Origin: Planctomycetota bacterium
Lineage (GTDB): Bacteria; Planctomycetota; MHYJ01; WSZJ01
Reading direction: 5' to 3'
Length of the DNA stretch: 64,000 nucleotides
NCBI GenBank assembly: GCA_038060895.1
Contig: JBBTCT010000001.1
Coordinates: 288,001-352,000, forward strand
Shown here: piece after piece, positions 48,093 through 55,537 of the stretch
How the letters are laid out: every line of letters begins with the position of its first letter
Numbering within the stretch: the first letter of the stretch is position 1
The notes under the pieces: model-generated
Databases searched by the model: none
What the model was told of the DNA's origin: nothing
The model's input: the letters and a program-made list of their open reading frames with translations, nothing else
Position numbers and translations under genes: made by a program

Positions 48093-49310
48093 ATGAAATC
48101 GACATCTCGATGGCTCCTTCTGGCCGCCGTCTTCGTTTTCCCCGTCTCGGGCTGCTCTTCCACCGAACCTGCCGCGCCAAACCAGCCCGAACAGGAGTCC
48201 GCAAAGGTCCTCGGCAAGGTCGCGGGGCGACTGTTCGGCGCTACGGGGATCACCGTGGAAGCGCTGGTCAGCGTCGGCGGGGGCGGCGGGAAGAATTTCC
48301 TGCGAACCACATGGGCGGAGCCTGGGGTTTATCGCGAAGAGCGTTGGGACGGTGAAGCGCCGGAAGGAGAGCCGGCGAGCGTGCAGATCTGCGACGGGAC
48401 GACAACGTGGCTGTATTTCCCAGGCCAGAAGAAGTTCTACGAGATGGCGATCGCATCGGGGGACCTGGACCGGAAGCCGTTCGTGCTCGGGTTCACGCGC
48501 GAAGGACGGCTGGCCGTGATGGGGATCGAGTCCGGGCGCGAGGAGGAACTGGTCTTCGGCGCGGGAAGCCTGTGCATGCCGATCGCCGGCGGGGGAAAAC
48601 TGGCGGTCGAGGCCGATGCCGACGTGTCGGGCCAGCTCTGTCATGTCCTCACCTATCGCGTCGGCACGATGGTCCAGACGTTCTTCATCTCGAAGGCCGA
48701 CAGCACGCCGCTGCGCTTCATGCTCGAAAGCAGCTTCGAGCACAAGGGAAAGACGTTCACCACGACGGCCGTGAGCGACCTCAAGCGCCTCGATGCGATG
48801 TCGCGGCCGGACGCGGCGATGTTTCGCTTCGTCCCGCCCGAAGGGGCCACCAAAGCGGCCAAGGCGGGCGAGGACAAGCTGCTGGCGGCGGGCGGGGATG
48901 CGCCGGAGCTCGGCGCGGTGGACGCTTCCGGCAAGCCCGTGAACCTGGCGGACTTCAAGGGCAAGGTCGTCCTCCTGAACTTCTGGTTCCTGGGCTGACA
49001 TGCCTGCCGCGCGGAGTTTCCGCACCTGCAGAAGCTGAGCGAAGAGATGAAGGACAAGGACGCGGTTTTCCTGATGGTCAACGGCGTCGACACGCCGGAG
49101 AAGGTCACGAGCTACCTCAAGGACGGGCGCTACACGATGCCGTGCGCCTACAAGAGCGCCGAGTCCAACCCGATGAAGTCGTACTCCGTCCGTTTCTGCC
49201 CGACGCAATACATCATCGGCCGCGACGGGAAGATCAGTGCTCGAACAGTCGGGGCCACGATCGTCGAGGTCCGACGGATGCTCGACCAGGCCCTGGGCGA
49301 GAGACGCTAG
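48093..49310 (+). CDS. Probable selenoprotein: lipoprotein with a LolA/DUF2092-like domain and a TlpA/ResA redoxin domain (UxxC, Sec302), 405 aa
   Basis: ORFs 48093-48998 and 49047-49310 share a frame; read-through gives GKVVLLNFWFLG-U-HAC-RAEFPHL...CPTQYIIGRDG; hairpin 3' of the TGA. Confidence 0.8.
49004..49031 (+). promoter_or_regulatory. Candidate bacterial SECIS hairpin
   Basis: CTGC-cgc-GCGGA-GTT-TCCGC-acct-GCAG; the G-first apical loop begins after a 17-nt gap from TGA 48996-48998. Confidence 0.6.
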
Positions 49311-49317
49311 CGCGGCC

Positions 49318-50265
49318 ATGAGCTACGTCAGCCGCCCCGCGTTTCCTTTCTGCCTCGGCGGCAATGTCTTCGGCTGGACCACCGACGAAACGGCGTCGTT
49401 CGCGGTGCTGGACGCCTTCGCGGATGCGGGCGGCACCTTGATCGATACCGCCGACATGTACTCGGCATGGGTGGAGGGTCACGCCGGCGGGGAGTCGGAA
49501 GCGATCCTGGGCCGGTGGATGGCCTCGCGGCGCTGCCGCGACCGGATGGCAATCGCGACGAAGGTCGGCTTGCTGAAGGGGCTGGAAGGACTCGCGCCGG
49601 CGACCATCCGCACCGCCGCCGAGAATTCGCTTCGCCGGCTTCAGACCGACCGGATCGACCTCTACTACGCGCATCGCGACGACGAAAAAACGCCGCTCGC
49701 GGAAACACTCGGCGCCTTCGACGCGCTCGTCCGCGCCGGGAAAGTCGCCCGGATCGGCGCTTCGAACTACAAGGCGAGCCGCCTGGCCGAAGCGCTGTCC
49801 GTGTCGAAGCAGAACGGTCTCGCGCGATACGAAGCGATCCAGCCGCACTTCAATCTTGTGCACCGTACCGAGTACGAGGGGGAGCTCGCCGGACTCTGCT
49901 CGCGCGAGGGAATCGGCTGCTTTCCCTATTTCTCGCTCGCGAAAGGCTTTCTCACGGGAAAGTATCGTCCCGGGAAAACCGTCGACAGTCCCCGCAGCAA
50001 GGGCGCGAGCAGCTATCTCGACGAACGCGGCCTGCGAGTTCTCGGGGTCCTGGATGCCCTGTCTGCGACGCACCACACATCTCCCGGAGCCGTCGCGCTC
50101 GCCTGGCTGCGCGCCCAGCCGACAGTGGTCGCACCCATCGCCAGCGCGCGCTCGGCTGCGCAGCTCGCCGAGATTCTGCCGGGCGCGACGCTCCGACTTA
50201 CGGAAGCTGAGTTGGCGCGGCTCAGCACAAGCGCCGAGCCAAATGTTGCAGGAAAGACTTCATGA
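49318..50265 (+). CDS. Aldo/keto reductase
   Basis: LGGNVFG, DTADMY, IATK, SLRRLQTDRIDLYYAH, IGASN. Confidence 0.92.
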   Translation: MSYVSRPAFPFCLGGNVFGWTTDETASFAVLDAFADAGGTLIDTADMYSAWVEGHAGGESEAILGRWMASRRCRDRMAIATKVGLLKGLEGLAPATIRTAAENSLRRLQTDRIDLYYAHRDDEKTPLAETLGAFDALVRAGKVARIGASNYKASRLAEALSVSKQNGLARYEAIQPHFNLVHRTEYEGELAGLCSREGIGCFPYFSLAKGFLTGKYRPGKTVDSPRSKGASSYLDERGLRVLGVLDALSATHHTSPGAVALAWLRAQPTVVAPIASARSAAQLAEILPGATLRLTEAELARLSTSAEPNVAGKTS

Positions 50266-51587
50266 CTCAGCGCGTCGTTGCGGCAGGGAACATCGCCGAG
50301 TTTCTCTCGGCCGTCGCGGCGGGGAATGCGACAAAAGCTCGCGAACAGCTGCGCTCTCAGCCCGGGATCCCGAAAGCGAGCCTCGCGGCAGCTGCCGTGC
50401 TCGGCCAGTTCGCCACAGTCGAGCGATTCCTCACGGCAGATCCGAAGCTCGCCCGACTCAAGACCGGCACGCCGCCGCGCGAACCACTTCACTGGCTGTG
50501 TTACTCGCCCTTCTGCGCCAGACGAGGTCCTCAGATTCTGCGCTGTGCCAAGGCCTTGCTCGACGCGGGAGCCGATCCCGACGCCCACACCGTCGAGCGC
50601 GAGGGGACGCACACCTATCCGCTTGGGGCGCTGTACGCCGCGGCGTGCCATGCGAAGTTTCCGAAGCTTGCCCGGCTGCTCCTCGATGCCGGCGCGGATC
50701 CCGACGACGGGGAAACCATCTTTCACGCGGCGGAAGCGAACGACCGCGTCATCCTGAAGATGATGGTCGAGTACAAAGCCGACCTCGACTTCAACAAGAC
50801 CTGGGGCAACACCGCGATCTACTTCAACCTGGGACACAAGAAAGGCAGCCGCTTCGTCGCGGCCTCGACGCGCGGCATCCGCTGGCTCCTCGAGCACGGC
50901 GCCGACCCGAACGTCCCGAGTACTCCCAAGCGCGAAACGGCGCTTCAGCTGGCAGCCCGTTCCCGCAGTCCGGAAACGGTGAGGCTGCTTCTGGAGCACG
51001 GCGCCGACGTGACGCTGAAGCGAAAGGACGGCCGGACGGCCTGGGCGCTCGCCGTGCGCGCGGGCCGTGTGGACAACGCGAGGCTCCTCGAAGCGCACGG
51101 GGCGAAGACCGAGCGGCTCTCCGACGGAGACGCGCTCCTGGCCGCCTGCGGCCGGGGCGACGACGATGTCGCGCGCCACCTGGCCAGAGCGCGCATCTCC
51201 CTCAGACCCGACGACCTCCGCCTCCTTCCCGACGCCGCCTCCGACGGCCGCCTCGGCACCGTCCGCGCCTGCCTCGCCGCAGGATTCCCCCTCGACGTCC
51301 AGGGTGACTTCACGGGAACCGCGCTCCAGCACGCCGCCATGCAGGGCTGCCCCGACGTCGTGCGCGAGATCCTCAGGCACAAGCCGGACCTCACGAAGCG
51401 CGACCCGACCTTCGACGGCGATGCCCTCGGCTGGGCGCTTCACGGCGCGGACAACATCCGGCGGCCTGGCGCCGACTACGCTGCCGTCGTGGAAGCGTTG
51501 TTCGCAGCCGGGCTCAAGCCACGGCGGCATGACTACAGCTCGACGGATGCAGGAGTGATGGAAGTCCTGAAGCGGCGACGGAAGTGA
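50262..51587 (+). CDS. Ankyrin repeat protein
   Basis: Repeated LLDAGADP/LLEHGAD, TALQLAA, TALQHAA. Confidence 0.85.
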   Translation: MTQRVVAAGNIAEFLSAVAAGNATKAREQLRSQPGIPKASLAAAAVLGQFATVERFLTADPKLARLKTGTPPREPLHWLCYSPFCARRGPQILRCAKALLDAGADPDAHTVEREGTHTYPLGALYAAACHAKFPKLARLLLDAGADPDDGETIFHAAEANDRVILKMMVEYKADLDFNKTWGNTAIYFNLGHKKGSRFVAASTRGIRWLLEHGADPNVPSTPKRETALQLAARSRSPETVRLLLEHGADVTLKRKDGRTAWALAVRAGRVDNARLLEAHGAKTERLSDGDALLAACGRGDDDVARHLARARISLRPDDLRLLPDAASDGRLGTVRACLAAGFPLDVQGDFTGTALQHAAMQGCPDVVREILRHKPDLTKRDPTFDGDALGWALHGADNIRRPGADYAAVVEALFAAGLKPRRHDYSSTDAGVMEVLKRRRK

Positions 51588-51606
51588 AGAAGTCCGGTCG
51601 CCTGGA

Positions 51607-52335
51607 TCAGCCGGGAAACAGCTCCTTCATCTCGCGTTCAAGCGCCTCGGCATCCGCGACGCTCTCGGCGACGACTTCGCGAACGATTTCGAACAGCCGC
51701 TTCCGCGCATGTGACAGCCGGTTGTCGACGTCGGTCTCCTTGATTCCGACCGCGGCCGCGACGTCGCGGTACTTCGGGCACTCGCCGTCCGCGAGGTCGA
51801 TCCTGCGAAACACTTCGAACCATTCCGCGCGCTTTTCCGCCGCGTAGGCCGACTTCATGCGTCCGACAGCCTCGCCAACCAGCGCTCTCCGCCATTCGCG
51901 GTCGAGCGAAGCCTCGGGCGGCTCTCCCGGCGCGGGCGGGTCCAGCGCCGCGTCGTCGCCGGCGTCGAGAGGGACGATCGCGACTCCACCCCCACGCTTG
52001 AGCCGCCCCTCGGCTCGCTTCGATTGACGCACCGCGTTATCGAGGCACGCCTTCACAAACGCGCGGAACCGCCCGCGGGATGCCTCGACCTCGCGCAGGT
52101 ACTTCCCTTCCAGCATCTCGCCGAAAAACTCCTGCGTCGCGTCCTTGGCTTCTTCGTTCGACATCCGCCACTGGATTCGCAGGTGCCGGTAGATCGGCCG
52201 CCAGTAGAGTTTTGCGAGCTGCTCGATGCGTTCCCGCCACCGCGGATCGCTCCGGTCTTTGGCGCCGGCGATGACGGACCAGTGCGTCTCCGGGAAGCCG
52301 CGCGCGGGGCCGCCGAGGGCGGTGTCGCCGGTCAC
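51607..52335 (-). CDS. ECF sigma factor of the kinase-associated type
   Basis: FPETHWSVI, YWRPIY, DATQEFF, GRFRAF, C-terminal HTH; GTGA overlap with doc. Confidence 0.85.
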   Translation of the reverse strand: MTGDTALGGPARGFPETHWSVIAGAKDRSDPRWRERIEQLAKLYWRPIYRHLRIQWRMSNEEAKDATQEFFGEMLEGKYLREVEASRGRFRAFVKACLDNAVRQSKRAEGRLKRGGGVAIVPLDAGDDAALDPPAPGEPPEASLDREWRRALVGEAVGRMKSAYAAEKRAEWFEVFRRIDLADGECPKYRDVAAAVGIKETDVDNRLSHARKRLFEIVREVVAESVADAEALEREMKELFPG

Positions 52336-52748
52336 GGGCGCTTGCGGCCCTTCCGGAGTCGTTTCGTTTTCTGCCGGAATGTCTCGGTGGCGTCCTTCTT
52401 TGAGAATCGCCCCTCCGCGACGCCCAGAGTGAGCGACACGAGATCCTCGTTTGTCAGTCGTGACTCGAGGCCGTTGAGTCCGAGGAAAATCAGCGCGACG
52501 GCGGCGCCGACGCGTTTGTTGCCGTCAATGAAGGGGTGGTTCTTGACGAGGTGAAAGAGGTACGCGGCCGCCATGGCGGGGATGTCCTCGTGGGCGTACT
52601 CGCCACCAAATCCCGCCCGGGGCATCGCGAGAGCGGCGTCCAGGAGGCCCTGGTCCCGAACGCCGTCACTGCCGCCGAAGAGGGAGAGCTGCTCCCGGTG
52701 AACTTCGAGGACCTGTTCCAGCGTGAGGAAGACCGGCGTCAGGGTCAT
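52332..52748 (-). CDS. doc: Fic/Doc family toxin (death-on-curing)
   Basis: GVRDQGLLDAA, NHPFIDGNKR. Confidence 0.92.
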   Translation of the reverse strand: MTLTPVFLTLEQVLEVHREQLSLFGGSDGVRDQGLLDAALAMPRAGFGGEYAHEDIPAMAAAYLFHLVKNHPFIDGNKRVGAAVALIFLGLNGLESRLTNEDLVSLTLGVAEGRFSKKDATETFRQKTKRLRKGRKRP

Positions 52749-52972
52749 TCCGCGAGTTTCCGGAAGGCCTTGGCGTAGCGGCGGTGGACCTTGTTCATGA
52801 CCGCGCGGAATCGTGCATCGTTTCCGGTTTCCCGGACGGGCTCGATCAGGAGCCGTGTGCCGTCGGTCGTGACGGAGACCGGGACCTCCGGGTCAATCCG
52901 GAGGAGGTCCATGACGCCCCGGTCGATGACGAGGGCCCAGCTGTTTCCGTGTTTCGCAAATCGCTTGATCAT
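52745..52972 (-). CDS. AbrB/MazE-family antitoxin
   Basis: MIKRFAKHGNSWALVID...LLIEPV...YAKAFRKLAE; ATGA overlap with doc. Confidence 0.85.
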   Translation of the reverse strand: MIKRFAKHGNSWALVIDRGVMDLLRIDPEVPVSVTTDGTRLLIEPVRETGNDARFRAVMNKVHRRYAKAFRKLAE

Positions 52973-52992
52973 GAAGGTTCTCCATGGTCCCT

Positions 52993-53041
52993 TGTTGATA
53001 CGTCGTTGCAACATTGTAGTACCAACCTCTCTCCGGATCAA
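52993..53041 (-). promoter_or_regulatory. Sigma70-type promoter and operator of the toxin-antitoxin operon
   Basis: TTGATC (53041-53036), 17 bp, TACAAT (53018-53013), abutting the imperfect palindrome TGTTGCAACGACGTATCAACA. Confidence 0.7.
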
Positions 53042-53091
53042 GTCTCGTTCGACTGCAGAATCGTCCGCCGGTTTCCCTTAGCATGTCCACC

Positions 53092-55509
53092 ATGTCGGAC
53101 CAGCCGCTTCAGCCCGGCGCCCTCGACCGCCTCGCCCGCGAGGTCGGGAAGGAGCGCACAAAGAGCGCGGCCGGCGCTGCCCCGGCATTCGGCTGGGTCC
53201 CCGGATCCGGCGCGCCCGCGATGATCGGTCGGTTCCGGATCGTGGCGCCGCTCGGACGCGGCGGGATGGGAGTGGTCTACCACGCGATCGATTCCGCGAA
53301 CGACGCCCCGGTCGCCCTGAAGTCGCTCACGGCGGGGCCGGGGGAACGCCTGAAGCGCGAAGGCGAGGCGATTGGGCTTCTCGACCATCCGGGGATCGTG
53401 AAGATCCTCGAGACGGGCGAAGAGGCCGGAAAGCCGTTCCTCGTGATGGAACTCGTGAACGGGAAGACGCTCGACGAAGCGTGGGCCGGATGGGATCTGC
53501 GGACCCGGGTTGAGGCGCTTGAGAAGATCGCGCGGGCGGTCGCGCACGCGCACGAACGCGGCGTGGCGCACCGGGACTTGAAGCCGGCCAACGTGCTGGT
53601 CGCGGAAGACGGCGCCCCGCGCGTGACGGACTTCGGGCTCGCGGCGGTCGAGGAGGCGAGGACGAAGCTGACGGACCCCGGGTCGGTCATGGGGACGCCC
53701 GCCTGGATGTCGCCCGAGCAGGTGCGTGGCGAAACGGCCGGTCCTCCCGCGGACGTCCACGCCCTGGGTGCAATCCTCTACCTCGCGATGACGGGCACCG
53801 CGCCCTTCGACGGGCCCAACCCTCCGGCGATTTATCGCCGGATCGTGGACGAAGAGGCCCCGTGGCCGCGCCGGAAAACGCCGGGCGCGCCAGCCGCCCT
53901 GGAAGCGATCTGCGTGCGGGCGATGGGCAAAGTGCCCGTGCGCCGGCCCTCCGCGAACGAATTCGGAGACGAGCTGAAGCGCTGGCTCCAGGGGGAGCCG
54001 GTCCTCTCACGGCTGCCTTCGGTGACGGTGCGAGTCTGGAAACGCGCGCGCCGGAATCCTCTCGCCTGGGTCGGGCTCGCCGCGGCCGTCGTCGCGCTCG
54101 CGGCCGGCGCTTCCGCCCTCGCGGTGCAGGGCGCACGGCATGCGACGAAGGAAAGAGCCCGTGACCTCGCTCGCGACGCGCAGCCCCTCGCGGCCCAGGC
54201 GCTCCTGGCGCTGTCCGCAGGTGACGACGCGAGCGCGGCGCGGCTGATGGCCGATTTCAGGTCAAAGATGGAAGAAGCGCGCGCGCTCGACCCCGCGGCC
54301 GCCGGCGGCTGGTTTGAGATCGCGGAGTACCTGCGGCTCACAGGCGACGAGGACGGCGCGATGCGCATCGTCCAGGAAGGCGAGGCCCTGCACCGGAACC
54401 ACCCTCTTCTCCTGCTGGAGCGCGGCCTCCTGCTCATGGCGGAACTGCGGCGCATCAAACGCCGCGCGGACATCGAAGCGGAAGCTTCCGCGCGCGCGGG
54501 GGGACCGAGAGAAGCGAGCCGTTCACTCGCAATCCAGGTCCCCGAGATGGGGACGGTCGTCTCCGACATTCTGGCGCGCGCCATCCGGGATCTCGGCGGT
54601 TCCGCACCGCCCTCCGCGCGCATCGCCCGGGCGGAACTCGCGCTTCTCCAGTCGCATCCCGAGGAAGCGTGGACGCTGGTCGAGGGGCTCGAGCCGCCTG
54701 AAGCAAAGGTCGTGGCCGGACAGGTCAAGGAAGCGCGCGGGAATCTCGAGGAGGCCCTCGCCTGGTACTCAAAGGCGATCGCGACCCGGGACCGCCACTG
54801 GCCGGCATGGGAAGCGCGCGCCGCGGCGCGCGAACGGTTTGCGTCGATGCGTTGGAGGCCAGGCGCCGAAGACGGGGAATCCGAGCAGGCCGATGCGATT
54901 GCAGACTGGAAGCGCCTCGCGGCCGCTCTCCCCCGCCGCGCCGACATCCACCTTTCCCTCTCCGCCGCGCTCTGCCGCCTCGGCCAGATGAGGATCTACC
55001 GCCGGGATAACCCCACGGAACCGTGCCAGCTCGCCCTCCAGGCCGCCGAGGATGCCCTCGAAATTGCGCCCGCGAGCGGCGAAGCCCGGCTCGCGGCCGG
55101 CCGCGCGCTCGCCGAGATCGCGGACTGGCGCTTCTACCACGACCCCGATCCGCTTCCCGCCTACGCCCGCGCCATCGCGGAACTCGAGGCCGCCACGCAG
55201 GCGCTTCCGAGATCCTTCGAAGCGCGGCTCGCCCTGGCGCGGACCTTCCGGATGCGCGGATTCTGGAAACGGGTCCATGGCGGTCCCCCGGCAGGCGAGG
55301 ACGACGAGAGGGCGCTTAACGAATTCGAAGAAGTTCTGGGAATCAGCCCGGTCTGGCTTGCCGCGCGCTGCAACCAGGGATTGATTCTGTTTGAGCTCGG
55401 GCGCTTCAAGGAAGCCGTCGGGGCATTCGAGCAGGGCGGGAGCTGGACGACGAACAGCGAGTCGACCCTTCGCGTCTTCGAGGAAGCGAAGAAACGCGCA
55501 GCGGAGTAG
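53092..55509 (+). CDS. Ser/Thr protein kinase with a TM-like segment and TPR repeats
   Basis: GRGGMG, VALK, HRDLKPAN, DFG, GTPAWMSPE; ATG 53092 lies 7 nt after TAGCAT (alternative start 53083). Confidence 0.9.
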   Translation: MSDQPLQPGALDRLAREVGKERTKSAAGAAPAFGWVPGSGAPAMIGRFRIVAPLGRGGMGVVYHAIDSANDAPVALKSLTAGPGERLKREGEAIGLLDHPGIVKILETGEEAGKPFLVMELVNGKTLDEAWAGWDLRTRVEALEKIARAVAHAHERGVAHRDLKPANVLVAEDGAPRVTDFGLAAVEEARTKLTDPGSVMGTPAWMSPEQVRGETAGPPADVHALGAILYLAMTGTAPFDGPNPPAIYRRIVDEEAPWPRRKTPGAPAALEAICVRAMGKVPVRRPSANEFGDELKRWLQGEPVLSRLPSVTVRVWKRARRNPLAWVGLAAAVVALAAGASALAVQGARHATKERARDLARDAQPLAAQALLALSAGDDASAARLMADFRSKMEEARALDPAAAGGWFEIAEYLRLTGDEDGAMRIVQEGEALHRNHPLLLLERGLLLMAELRRIKRRADIEAEASARAGGPREASRSLAIQVPEMGTVVSDILARAIRDLGGSAPPSARIARAELALLQSHPEEAWTLVEGLEPPEAKVVAGQVKEARGNLEEALAWYSKAIATRDRHWPAWEARAAARERFASMRWRPGAEDGESEQADAIADWKRLAAALPRRADIHLSLSAALCRLGQMRIYRRDNPTEPCQLALQAAEDALEIAPASGEARLAAGRALAEIADWRFYHDPDPLPAYARAIAELEAATQALPRSFEARLALARTFRMRGFWKRVHGGPPAGEDDERALNEFEEVLGISPVWLAARCNQGLILFELGRFKEAVGAFEQGGSWTTNSESTLRVFEEAKKRAAE

Positions 55510-55537
55510 GCCGGGCCCGCCGCGCTATGATGCGCCG

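Noticed and set aside
48996-48998. Nonsense mutation or pseudogene reading of the redoxin TGA
   Set aside because: Less likely than Sec recoding because the stop sits exactly at the catalytic Cys position, is followed by a SECIS-like hairpin, and the downstream domain is intact. Not fully excluded without seeing the sel genes.
50262-50278. Weak matches to the TTGACGC-N3-GCGTCAA motif (also near 32283 and 60153)
   Set aside because: Four mismatches each; expected by chance.
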